From a bacterium (GTDB taxonomy: Bacteria > UBA8248): 64,000 bases of DNA. Below, one piece after another: positions 43,241 through 53,008 of this stretch (position 1 is its first letter; each line of letters starts with the position of its first letter). The stretch covers positions 1,664,001-1,728,000 of the forward strand of contig CBDBZU010000004.1 of the NCBI GenBank assembly GCA_965213625.1, given 5' to 3'. The position numbers were made by a program, and so were the translations under genes. The notes below the pieces were generated by a model. That model searched no databases. It was not told the DNA's origin and saw only the letters and a list, made by a program, of their open reading frames with translations.

Positions 43241-45136
43241 ATGGGGTCGCTCGTGAAATGGGGTTGGATCTGCGTCGTAGCCAGCGCCGCGTTCTTCATC
43301 TTTGCGGGCACGTTTTCGAACCCGTTTTTACATGACGACATCGCCATAATCGGCGAGAATCCCCTCGTCCGCGAGAGTGGCCGTATCCTGGAAGCCTTTC
43401 AGCACGATTATTGGGCCGTGCTCGAGACGAACGAGAGAAGAGATCGCCTCTATCGGCCCTTCACCATCGTCTCATTCGCGCTGAATCACGCCCTCGGCGG
43501 TCTGAATCCGGTTGGCTACCGAATAATCAACGCCTTGTTTCACGCCTTTGCCTGCCTCGCGCTGTTCTGGCTGTGCGTCCGCTTCGGAGTCTCACGTAAC
43601 GCGGCGGGAGCAGTTTCCCTGCTGTTCGCTCTTCATCCGGTTCATACTGAGGCGGTGAACGCCGTCGTCGCGCGCGCCGACCTGATGGCCGCAGTGGGCG
43701 TGTTTGGGGGGTTGAGCCTCTTGATGAGCGTTGCGCTCCCTGGAATGAGACCCGGCGAAGCGCAGGGAAGTCATGAGATAGCAGCCGGTGGAAGTTTCTC
43801 ATATCGGGACGTGTTCGCACCGGTCGGTCTCACGTGCGCGCTTTGCCTTTTTGCGATGCTGTCCAAGGAAATCGGCGTGGCCCTGCTGTTCAGCGCTCTT
43901 TTGTGGTGGCTCTGGGGTCGGTATGTAATGGGAGAGAAGGAGTGTCCGCCTCTCAGGCATACGCTCACCGCCGTCTGCGCGCTCGCCCTCGTACTCATTA
44001 TATATGTGTGGATGCGATACGCCGCCTTGGGCATGTTGGCGCGCCCCTACCCGCCATCGAAACTCGACAACGTCCTGGCGCTGATGCCGGCGGGTGGACG
44101 GATCTTGGGCGCCATCGGCGTCCTGGGCCGCTATTTCAAGCTCCTGGTATGGCCGTGGCCATTGAGCATGGATTATTCCTTCGCACAGATTCCGTTGGAA
44201 GGTGCGGAAGCGATGCTCTGGGCGGCGGCGGGTATTTTGGGGCTTCTGGCGTGGGGCTACGCCGCATGGCGTCTGAGGAAAGACATGCCGTGGGTCGCCT
44301 TCGGGCTCGTCGTTTTCATCGGTGCCTACCTGCCCGTGAGTAACCTGCTGATTCCCATGGGCACCATCATGGCGGAGCGGGTGCTCTATATCCCCTCGGC
44401 CGGTTTCCTCATCGCCCTGGTGCCTACAGTGGGTGTGTTGCTTAGTGGAAGAGATTGGCGAATCGGCGCGGCGCTACTCGTTATAGTGTGCGTAGTCTTC
44501 GGTGCGCTGACGCTCAAGCGAAACCACGAGTGGGGCGATACGCTCCGTTTCTGGCGGCGGACGGCGGAGGTCTCTCCGAACAGTGCGCGTGCGCTCAGGG
44601 TGTATGGGCAGGCACTGATCGACCGAAACAGGTTCCGCGAAGCCATAGAGCCGCTCAAGAAATCCGTCGAGATTTATCCCGTCTACGATTACGCCTGGGT
44701 GGATTTAGGAATAGCGCAAATGCAAAGCGGCGACGCGGCAGCCGCAGAAATTTCTCTCAAGCGAGCCTTACGGCTCAACGATGAGAACGCCGAGGCGCAT
44801 CTGGCCCTAGGAGCACTGTACATGGGCGCTGAGCGCGGCGATCTAGCGAGGCCCCATTTCGAGCGCGCGATTGGTCTCAATCCCAGGCTGGCGGAGGCGC
44901 GCTTCAATCTGGGCACCCTGTATCTCAAGGCGGGTTCGAGGCGCCTGGCTATAGCGCAGTTCAGGGCGGCGCTGAGAGTCGAACCCGGCCACGGAGGCGT
45001 ACACCACAATCTGGCGCTGGCTTTGTATCTGGAGGGTGATCGCGCAGGCGCTCGAAAACACGCGAGAGGGGCCGAGAAGTTCGGCTCGCCGCTTCACCCA
45101 AAACTAAAAAGAGAGCTGGGTCTCACCCGGCCTTAA
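43241..45136 (+). CDS. TMTC-like GT-C membrane glycosyltransferase with C-terminal TPR repeats
   Basis: F.HDD...I..NP, YRP....SF, LFALHPVHTEAV....RA, SKE, L..DY, AER.LY.PS, then TPRs. Confidence 0.85.
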   Translation: MGSLVKWGWICVVASAAFFIFAGTFSNPFLHDDIAIIGENPLVRESGRILEAFQHDYWAVLETNERRDRLYRPFTIVSFALNHALGGLNPVGYRIINALFHAFACLALFWLCVRFGVSRNAAGAVSLLFALHPVHTEAVNAVVARADLMAAVGVFGGLSLLMSVALPGMRPGEAQGSHEIAAGGSFSYRDVFAPVGLTCALCLFAMLSKEIGVALLFSALLWWLWGRYVMGEKECPPLRHTLTAVCALALVLIIYVWMRYAALGMLARPYPPSKLDNVLALMPAGGRILGAIGVLGRYFKLLVWPWPLSMDYSFAQIPLEGAEAMLWAAAGILGLLAWGYAAWRLRKDMPWVAFGLVVFIGAYLPVSNLLIPMGTIMAERVLYIPSAGFLIALVPTVGVLLSGRDWRIGAALLVIVCVVFGALTLKRNHEWGDTLRFWRRTAEVSPNSARALRVYGQALIDRNRFREAIEPLKKSVEIYPVYDYAWVDLGIAQMQSGDAAAAEISLKRALRLNDENAEAHLALGALYMGAERGDLARPHFERAIGLNPRLAEARFNLGTLYLKAGSRRLAIAQFRAALRVEPGHGGVHHNLALALYLEGDRAGARKHARGAEKFGSPLHPKLKRELGLTRP

Positions 45137-45357
45137 GGCAGAACACGACTTGCACTTGGACGGAGTGGTATTCCGTGATGGGCGGAAGAAACTTGCTTTC
45201 TGTTACTTACGCGGTATATTTGTTGGTGGTTGGGGCTTTCTGACATCGATATCATATAACGGTTGATTAATTTTTCCGGAACCATGCTCCGTTACGGAGC
45301 GGTGTCGGCGTAGCCGACGTTTCTACCTTAAGTATGCTGCCTATGTGAGGTTTTTTC

Positions 45358-47277
45358 ATGTTCTCTAGCCTCGTTCCCAAGGCGTCGGCCCTATTGCTGG
45401 CGCTCATCGTCTTCCTCTGCGCATCTGTTGGTTCAATTCATGCGCAAGAGAACGATTATCGAAATGCACTAGGGCTCATCAGCGAGAAGATGCGCCAGAG
45501 ATTCCCGAATCTGCGCGGCGCAGTGGTCGCTGTTAAGGGGGCGGATCTTTACTTAAGCCTCGGAGAGAAGGATAAGGTGGTCAAGGGCGTCAAGATGGGC
45601 GTCTACCGCGAAGGGGCGCCGTTCCGGCACCCGACGACGGGTGTCGTTCTCGGCAAACTGGAAGAGGAGATTGGCGAAGTCGAAATCGTCGAAGTGCGGG
45701 AGAAATTCTCCATCGCTCGACTGGTCCGCCTGGCGCCGGGCGGGCGACTCTCCCCGCGCGTCAAGGACATTGTGCGCATGTCCGCGGCGAAAATTCGCTT
45801 GGCGTTACTCCCTTTCGTCAACCAGACGAAAGAGGCCGTCAGCATGGAAACACTTACGAGGGAGTTGAGTCGTCAACTCCTGAGAAGCGGACGCTTCGAG
45901 GTTTATGACGTGGACAGGCTGCAGGTATGGCTCCTGGAGACGGGCATTGCTACGGATCAGATACTCAAGGATGAGAATCCCATACGTCTGCGAAACCAGG
46001 TGCGGGGCGACATGGCCTTGGAAAACGAACTGCGTGAAATCAGAGGGAAGAAGATTCTCTCCACCCGGCTTTTGTCTCTCACAACGAAGGAAGAACTCTT
46101 CAAGGCCGTGGCGATTGCGGATGAACTGCCTTTCGATCAGAGCTTGCCGCCCCAAGTGAAGGATCTCAATCGCAGCGAGGGAGGCGGACGCGCAGGACCT
46201 GCGAACGAGAGTTTCGTGCTCGCCCGCGAGGGAGCGCCCGGCAGGGCAGGCGGCGTGAAGAGCTATTCGTTCGATAAAGTCGCCTTCCGGGGGATGTCTG
46301 TCGCGGATGTGGATGGCGACGGAAAAAACGAAGTCGTCCTCATCACGCAGACTCAGGTGATCGTCTACCGATTCGAGAATAACCGGATGCGCGAAATCGC
46401 GCGCTTCGACGAGGGGGCGGCGAACGACTTCCGCTGGCTCGACATCGCCGACATGAACGGAGACGGGACGCCCGAGTTCTACCTCGCCTCTTATCGCTCG
46501 AACGAGTTGTACTCGATAATCCTGCAGTTCAAGGGCGGGAAGTTCACGCCCCTCGTCCGGAACGACAGGACGTTTTACCGCCTCCTCCGGGTGCGGCGGC
46601 ACAAGAAGGGCGCTAATATTCCCGATTCAGAAGCCTACCTGCTCCTGGGCCAGAGCGAGGGACTCGACAAGGCGTTCGATGGCCCCATTCGCAGCTATCG
46701 GTGGTCGGGAGGAAAGCTCGCGCCTGCCGCCCCCTATGCGCTTCCGCCCGATTTGACGATTCTGGGCTTCGGCTTGTGGGATATCAACAAGGATGGCGCG
46801 CTGGAGGTCATCGAGGTGGGGAAGGACGACAGGCTGAAGGTATTTTCGAAAAGCGGCGCGGAGATATACTCGAGTTCTGAAACCTACGGCGCACCCGTCC
46901 ATAAATTCTTCTCCCTTGCCAATACTGAAAATACCAGTGACAGGATACATGTGCCGGATCTCCCGATACGCTCGCGCGTGATGGTCGAAGACGTCGACAG
47001 GGACGGGGTGGACGAGATTCTGGTGATCCGCAACGAATACGCTGTTGGCATCGCACCTGGTCTGGGCGTTTCGAGAGGGCAGGTCGCGAGTCTCATCTGG
47101 GACGGCAGCGGTTTGACCCAGACCTGGCGCTCCAGAAAACTGCGCGGGGGAGTCGTGGATTTCGCCTTTGGCGACGCAGACAACGACGGTTTCGACGATC
47201 TGGTCTTGGTTGCGACGAGTTCGGGCCCGCTGGTCGGCGAGAAAAGCCAGATTTTCTTCTACAAACTCAGGGAATAG
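45358..47277 (+). CDS. Secreted FG-GAP/VCBS-repeat protein
   Basis: Signal peptide. Repeats DVDGDGKNE, DMNGDGTPE, DINKDG..E, DVDRDGVDE, DADNDGFDD. Confidence 0.85.
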   Translation: MFSSLVPKASALLLALIVFLCASVGSIHAQENDYRNALGLISEKMRQRFPNLRGAVVAVKGADLYLSLGEKDKVVKGVKMGVYREGAPFRHPTTGVVLGKLEEEIGEVEIVEVREKFSIARLVRLAPGGRLSPRVKDIVRMSAAKIRLALLPFVNQTKEAVSMETLTRELSRQLLRSGRFEVYDVDRLQVWLLETGIATDQILKDENPIRLRNQVRGDMALENELREIRGKKILSTRLLSLTTKEELFKAVAIADELPFDQSLPPQVKDLNRSEGGGRAGPANESFVLAREGAPGRAGGVKSYSFDKVAFRGMSVADVDGDGKNEVVLITQTQVIVYRFENNRMREIARFDEGAANDFRWLDIADMNGDGTPEFYLASYRSNELYSIILQFKGGKFTPLVRNDRTFYRLLRVRRHKKGANIPDSEAYLLLGQSEGLDKAFDGPIRSYRWSGGKLAPAAPYALPPDLTILGFGLWDINKDGALEVIEVGKDDRLKVFSKSGAEIYSSSETYGAPVHKFFSLANTENTSDRIHVPDLPIRSRVMVEDVDRDGVDEILVIRNEYAVGIAPGLGVSRGQVASLIWDGSGLTQTWRSRKLRGGVVDFAFGDADNDGFDDLVLVATSSGPLVGEKSQIFFYKLRE

Positions 47278-47548
47278 GTCTTTTCCTTCAATAGCATGAA
47301 GCTTTGCCCGATTTTCTGAGGTGCAGGGCGCATTTGCGGGGCCATGATAACCTGCAAATGAAAATTTTTTTCTTGAATTGAGAGGACCCGGGTGGAGAAA
47401 AGAAAATTCCCTTCGTTTTTCTCTGGAACTGAATATCTGGTAAAAGATTGATTTTGCAATTGCTAAACATTTTTTTCCGGCGCGAGGACCGATGCAGGGT
47501 ACGAATCATGTGGGGACGAATTTTTTGGATATCCACTTGGAATGTTTG

Positions 47549-47580
47549 TTGACAAAGACCATCATCTTCTCTATTCTTTT
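47549..47580 (+). promoter_or_regulatory. Sigma70 promoter P1 overlapping a candidate attL core
   Basis: TTGACA-N17-TATTCT. Core TCTATTCTTTT at 47570-47580. No convincing gene directly downstream. Confidence 0.7.
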
Positions 47581-48604
47581 ATCGAACAGACCGTATCTAA
47601 CATTTCCCGGTAAACCAAATATCCCTGCAATACACTGATTTTATATTATATACGGCGAATTATCGTCCTGTTTCAGCGTTTCTGGTTCTTCTCCCTTGAA
47701 ATGAGTAATCAAACCGCAAGCGGGTTCATTACAACCCCTGCGCGTCCCGGCGAGCGCGTGTCGGGGGAAGTGTCCGGCGGCGGGGTGACGGCGTTCGTTG
47801 CAGCGCTCTGGGAATTGCTTCCGGTTAGTCCGGAGCAACCGCTGCCGGACATCCATTGGGGTTTGCCGCATCGTCCGCGTCCCGGGGTGTTCCGGATGCC
47901 TGGAAACCCGGCGTCTTCCAGGCCGGCGCTTCGGCCCGCTCCCCCCGTGCCAAGGTCCCGCTCCCGCAGGAGGGCTCCCGAGCGGAAACGCGCCGACACC
48001 CGCCGGAAATACCCCTGAGAGAGTGTCCCCGCCGGCGCGAAGCAGCGCGTCCACAGCGCTTCGCCCCCCGGCCTTTGGCAGGGACACCCTCCGTGCGGCA
48101 TGGGCCGATATGCCGGTGTTCCGCATCTCTTTTTCATTCCCCGATGAAAGCGCCTGGACCAGAGCGCCGCCCCTCCCGGCAAGCGTGAAATGCCCCATTG
48201 GTCTTTCACGACATTCCCACGAGGAGTCGCCGGGAGGGACGACTTGCCGCTTGAACCCAGGCGGCACAGCACAAGGAGGAAATGCGCGCCTGAAGCGGCT
48301 GGTTCGCGTTTTTCGCGGTACGGTGTTTTCCCTGAATCTGTAGGGGTATCGCGGCAAATATACACCGCCGCCGGGTCTTGCTCAACGGCTCCTGCTCGCG
48401 CAAGGCCCCCTCGTCGTCCACGTCCCTCATCCATCCGCCGATTGACAGGAACCCTCGAGACGGCAGGTCGTGGTGGTCGACGTCATACCGCCGCCCGCCG
48501 GCGAAAGGTGGAGGCAGTGGAGAGTCGCCTGGGACTGAGGGTGCGGGGTGGAGAGAGGCCGCCGCGCCCATCCGCCATCGACCCACGACCCGGGAGGATT
48601 TTCC

Positions 48605-48952
48605 ATGACAAACCGAAAACCATCCGCTGCGGCGCACTTGATCGTTCTCGCTGGCCCCGCTCTCGCGCTGCTCTACACCCTTATCGCCATAAGCGGCGGG
48701 AGGGGCGTCCGCTTCATCTCCGCGGCCTGGCTCCTCGCCGCGCTCTGGACCATCGTCACCGCGCTCTCGGGCGCCCTGTGGCGGGCGTACCGCAGCGACT
48801 GGTCCGCCTTCACCTCCTACACCCTTCCCGAGAGGAACGAAGAACAATTCGACTGGGAGACCCGGACGGGGCGTTACTCCTGGCGGCGTGATTACGAGGA
48901 AGGCGAGATGTACGATGATGATTATCCCTACGGTCACGGCCCCATCGCCTGA
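48605..48952 (+). CDS. Small membrane protein, hypothetical
   Basis: GGGAGG RBS, two TM helices, acidic tail. Confidence 0.65.
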   Translation: MTNRKPSAAAHLIVLAGPALALLYTLIAISGGRGVRFISAAWLLAALWTIVTALSGALWRAYRSDWSAFTSYTLPERNEEQFDWETRTGRYSWRRDYEEGEMYDDDYPYGHGPIA

Positions 48953-49341
48953 GCGTCCGGAGGTTTCACTCTCTGCCGCGTAAGCGGCGGCACGCGCCCC
49001 GTACCCCGGCATACCCCCCTGCTTGTTCGCCGCGGCGTCCGGTCCTCTTCACGGACGCCCATATTATCCGAAATCAATCCGCCCGGAAGGGATTTCGATA
49101 GTGGATTTCCTGCACCTTGCCGCCGTATGCGCTCACGTCCACCACCCCCCGCGCCGGGACTTGATAAAAAAATACGCTAAGACAGGCGGCATCCCTCTTT
49201 TCCTCCACAGGCGCGCCCCGCCCCGCCGAGAGACAGAGCCGGGCCGGGAGGGGGCGGCGGAAGGGGTCCGGGAGGGAGCCTCTCCCTCTCCGGTCAATAC
49301 CGGTCGCCGCCATCATCCACCCATTCCAAGGAGGCCGCGCG

Positions 49342-49644
49342 ATGCGAAAACCAAAACCTGAAGCCGACACCTTCCTCACCCATCTCCTGGGCCCTGGCCT
49401 GGCCGATGAGCGATACGAGGTCAGGCGATACAAATCCGATGCCCGGGGCAGCATCAGGCCCGCGCCCTCTCCTGAGAGCGGTAAGCGCAAAAGAAAACGC
49501 GTGACGGCCTCGCGCCGTGTTGTCAGGGAGATGCGTCCCGCCCGGGACGAGCTCATCATTTGTACGGGGATCAAAATCCCCGGGAGCGGCCTGCAGCTGT
49601 GGGGCGAACACCTCGTGTGGGGGCGGATGATGAGCCGGGGATGA
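49342..49644 (+). CDS. Hypothetical protein (doubtful or degraded)
   Basis: AAGGAGG RBS; no recognised domain. Confidence 0.35.
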   Translation: MRKPKPEADTFLTHLLGPGLADERYEVRRYKSDARGSIRPAPSPESGKRKRKRVTASRRVVREMRPARDELIICTGIKIPGSGLQLWGEHLVWGRMMSRG

Positions 49645-49710
49645 ACCCGCAAGACGTCTGGCCGCCCCACTGCCGTCTACACGACTTCACCGACACATGA
49701 GGAAAATCCT

Positions 49711-50523
49711 GTGCCACACAAGAATCCGAAAATTCGACGCGAGAGAGAACGCGAACGCCACAGGCGGAGGACCGAATCGCGTAGAGCGCGGAGAGCTTGC
49801 CCGAAGTGCGGCGAATACCCTCCTGCACCCGGGCGAACTCTCTGCGAATCCTGCCTCGGTAAATCCCTGACCGCCGAACGCGCCCGATACGCCAAAGCCC
49901 GGGAAGAGGGGTTCCCATATGGCGGGAGAGACCCCGAAAGCCGCCGCCGCATGGCGCGCGAGAGGGCGAGAAAACGCAGGCGCGAGCGTCTCGAGGCCGG
50001 GCTCTGCACGGCTTGCGGCGAACGGGAACCCGCCGGGGGCGCAGCCGTCTGCGAAATCTGCCGGGAAGCGAGACGCGCGGCGGAAAAGAAGCTTTATGAA
50101 AAAAGGAGATCCTCCGGGCGATGCGGTCGTTGCGGAGGCGCCGTTATCGGCAAGGCTTCGACGTGCGCTTCGTGCGCCGAAAGGGAGGTGAAGCGCCGCC
50201 CAAAGAAGAACGCCGCGAGCAGGAAACGCTATCGCGACAGACGCGCCCTCGGGATCTGCGTGGACTGCCAATCATCCGAAACCAACGGAGCATCAAGGTG
50301 CGCTTCCTGCGCCTTGCGCTCCTGGCACTCCTCGGGCGAGCACAGGGGGATGCCGGTCTTTCCGCCGCGCTACACCGTGGTGGAACTCGAAACGGGCGCA
50401 GAACACGGCCCCCTCGACTCCTGGGAGGAGGTAGCCATGTGCCTCGCCTTCAAGAGGCTCTCCCGCGATGAAATCGAGGTGGTCGAGGACGCGCCCTTGA
50501 TTTCCGGGCTCGCCGGGTGGTGA
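49711..50523 (+). CDS. Basic protein with four tandem CxxC-x11-CxxC zinc-finger-like repeats
   Basis: CPKC..CESC, CTAC..CEIC, CGRC..CASC and CVDC..CASC separated by Arg-rich helices. Confidence 0.8.
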   Translation: MPHKNPKIRRERERERHRRRTESRRARRACPKCGEYPPAPGRTLCESCLGKSLTAERARYAKAREEGFPYGGRDPESRRRMARERARKRRRERLEAGLCTACGEREPAGGAAVCEICREARRAAEKKLYEKRRSSGRCGRCGGAVIGKASTCASCAEREVKRRPKKNAASRKRYRDRRALGICVDCQSSETNGASRCASCALRSWHSSGEHRGMPVFPPRYTVVELETGAEHGPLDSWEEVAMCLAFKRLSRDEIEVVEDAPLISGLAGW

Positions 50524-50674
50524 GCGTCGCCTGAGCCGGCACGGCGGGGGTACGTACCGCCGGCGGGCCGACGACCGAGGGGGAGGGTTCGCCGCCTCCC
50601 TGCTCCGCAGCCGTCCCGTCGACCTCAGGGCGTCTGCCGGAAGCGGCCTCGCCGGGGGGGAGTCTCCGGTCCGC

Positions 50675-51049
50675 TCAACGCCCGCGCCATTCCCGAGGCA
50701 AAGCGAGTCCCGGGCGGCGGGGCCTTCGCTCGACCCGCCAGGCCGCCACCCATGCCGGGAGAGAGAGCAGGAGCGACTGATCGCCTGTGGGCAGCGTACC
50801 TGAGAAGCCCGCGACTGCGGCGCCGCCGAGCGCGGCCCACGCCACTAGGGCGGGACCCGGATAGCCCGAGCGGGCGAGACGCTTACAGGCGAGCGCCAGC
50901 GGCATGCCGCACGGAGCAACCGCCACCAACTCCACGAGAGAGGCGGGCGCCATCATTCCGGACACGGACCCCACGCGCAGAACCTCTTCCGCCATAATTC
51001 CTCCCGGCAGCCACGACAGCGCCGGAATCCAGAATTTGAGACTGGCCAT
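50675..51049 (-). CDS. Small membrane protein, hypothetical
   Basis: GAAGGAGGAGG RBS; hydrophobic segments. Confidence 0.55.
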   Translation of the reverse strand: MASLKFWIPALSWLPGGIMAEEVLRVGSVSGMMAPASLVELVAVAPCGMPLALACKRLARSGYPGPALVAWAALGGAAVAGFSGTLPTGDQSLLLSLPAWVAAWRVERRPRRPGLALPREWRGR

Positions 51050-51243
51050 GCCTCCTCCTTCCTCATGTCCGCGCGCCTTCTGACACGAATCCGCGGCAAA
51101 GGCAAGCGCCCTCCGCGAGCGCTCCCCGCCGGGTGAGAACCTCCCCGGGAGAGGTGAAGAGAAGCGGGGAGCCGGGCAAATGCCCGGTAGGGAGAGGGAG
51201 ACGGTCTCCAGTTCCCGCCGCCGGCGACAACCCGAGAGGAGGC

Positions 51244-51384
51244 ATGGCCATGTAGGAGAACGACTACGACGTCGACGTTCCCACCGCGGATGAGTTGCTC
51301 GCAGAACTCGGACTCGACGCGTACACGATCCGCAAGCTGCGCGACGAAGCGCAAGGCGAGGCGGAGGAGTTTTGCAGCGTCTAG
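51244..51384 (+). pseudogene. Small acidic ORF with in-frame TAG at codon 4
   Basis: GAGAGGAGG RBS; MAM*ENDYDVDVPTADELLAELGLDAYTIRKLRDEAQGEAEEFCSV. Confidence 0.5.
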
Positions 51385-51462
51385 GACGAACCGGGGGGGC
51401 GGGTGAGAGGATTCCCGGCTCCTCGACTTTATCATCCACACCACACTTCAAGGAGTATCAAA

Positions 51463-51903
51463 ATGGCATTCGGACTGAACCGTGCGGAACTGATCGGGCG
51501 TCTCGGCGCCGACGTTACCATCAACCATCTCGCGAGCGGGGGACGCGTCGCGAATCTATCCATAGCGACCGATGAGGGCTACGTGGACAGGCAGTCCGGC
51601 GATCGGGTGGAGAAAACAGAGTGGCATAGGATCGTGACATTCCAGCCGGGCCTGGTGGACATGCTCGAGAGGCACGCGAAGAAGGGTCGCCTGGTATATG
51701 TCGCGGGCAAGCTCCAGACCCGCCGCTGGAAGAAGGATGAGGAAGACTCGGATCGGTTCTCGACCGAGATCCTCATCGCGCCCGGCGGGGTCGTCCAATT
51801 CTTGGAAAAAATGAACGGGAACAACAACGGCAACGGCGCGCACCCCGAGACGGCCGACGTGGCGCCCACCGCGGGCGTAGTCGGGCAGGAGATTCCATTC
51901 TGA
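51463..51903 (+). CDS. ssb: Single-stranded DNA-binding protein (mobile-element type)
   Basis: LN...LIGRLG.D, TEWHR, KG..VYV.GKLQTR.W, C-terminal EIPF. Confidence 0.92.
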   Translation: MAFGLNRAELIGRLGADVTINHLASGGRVANLSIATDEGYVDRQSGDRVEKTEWHRIVTFQPGLVDMLERHAKKGRLVYVAGKLQTRRWKKDEEDSDRFSTEILIAPGGVVQFLEKMNGNNNGNGAHPETADVAPTAGVVGQEIPF

Positions 51904-52276
51904 TCACCCCGGGGGGTCGGCGCCACGCGCCGGCTCCCCTTCTTTTTTGCTCCGGATCCCGAGGAGGCCCGGTATGCCCCGAACACCCTCTCCCGCGTCT
52001 TTCCCTCCCTGCCGGCTTCTCTCGTCTACCGGGAACACCCCATAAATCTCCGGTTCCGTGAACGGTAAACCATGTTCCCGGAAGATCGGCTTGCACCTGC
52101 AAGCACTCCATGCTCAAGGCAGTGGCTCAGTCTACCCCCCGCTGCGGAAATTTCGGGCCGAATAACGGCCCGAAATGACCCTTTCCGCAGCATGAGAGAT
52201 TGTTTCCCGATGAGCTTCGCCTTCATCGTGAAACACCAAAAACTCTTGTGTCCCGGTGGCGGTACTAGTGTCTCTC

Positions 52277-52506
52277 TCTTAGCGCCCTCATTTTAGCACG
52301 AACGCCGGGCGAATAAAGGGTGGCCGCAAGCGGCCATCATTTACCGGTGCCCCCCAAAAACGTCGAGCGGCAAAAAACAGGAGCGCCGCTCTATGAACCG
52401 TGTTTTTCGGGAACCCCCCGGAAAATGACAAGCCCTTGATTCGCCCGCCTACGGGCATCGGCAACACCGCCCGATGCCCTTACGTGTTGAAAATGAGGCG
52501 CTAAGA
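52277..52506 (+). promoter_or_regulatory. Long fold-back structure, Frpo/ssi-like single-stranded promoter candidate
   Basis: Nested stems 52277-52300/52483-52506, 52306-52320/52433-52447 and 52337-52347/52418-52428, with side hairpins. Confidence 0.6.
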
Positions 52507-52541
52507 AGCGCATCCGTTAACTCTCTGGAAAGGAGAAAGGC

Positions 52542-52919
52542 ATGGAAACCACCGTGGTGAACCTGAACACATATGTCGATGAACCCGGCAGCGGCCTGCT
52601 GGTGAGGATCGACCGCATGACGAAGTGGGGAAACCCCTTCCGGCTCGGCGCCGACGGCGACAGCGACGCCGTCATCGAGAAATACCGGCGATGGCTGTGG
52701 GAAAAAATCCAGCGCGAGGAGCTCGACCTATACGAACTCGCCGACCTGCAGGGCTGCGAACTCGGCTGCCACTGCCACTGCCATCCCCTCCCGTGCCACG
52801 GCGATGTCCTCGCACGCGCCGCCGAGTGCGCAGCCAGGTATCTCGACGAGATGCCCAAAGAAGTAGGGCGCAACGAGCGTGGCTACGCTCTTCCCGAATT
52901 CAACCATCCCCTCGCTTGA
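52542..52919 (+). CDS. DUF4326 domain protein
   Basis: IDR.TKWGNPF, I.KYR.WL, L.G..LGC.C..P.PCHGDVL. Confidence 0.85.
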   Translation: METTVVNLNTYVDEPGSGLLVRIDRMTKWGNPFRLGADGDSDAVIEKYRRWLWEKIQREELDLYELADLQGCELGCHCHCHPLPCHGDVLARAAECAARYLDEMPKEVGRNERGYALPEFNHPLA

Positions 52920-53008
52920 GGACAACCGAACCACCGGCTGAAAAACCCAATCACTGAAAGGAGTGAATGATGACTGCCTCCGCGACTCACGACCGCAAGG
53001 AGAGCACC

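Noticed and set aside
47641-48550. Several 100-270 aa ORFs at the left end of the element
   Set aside because: Overlapping frames with Arg/Pro/Gly-biased composition and no motifs; probably non-coding or degraded.
51253-51255. Pyrrolysine or recoded amber readthrough
   Set aside because: TAG is used as a normal stop in several genes here and no pyl genes are visible; a point mutation is simpler.
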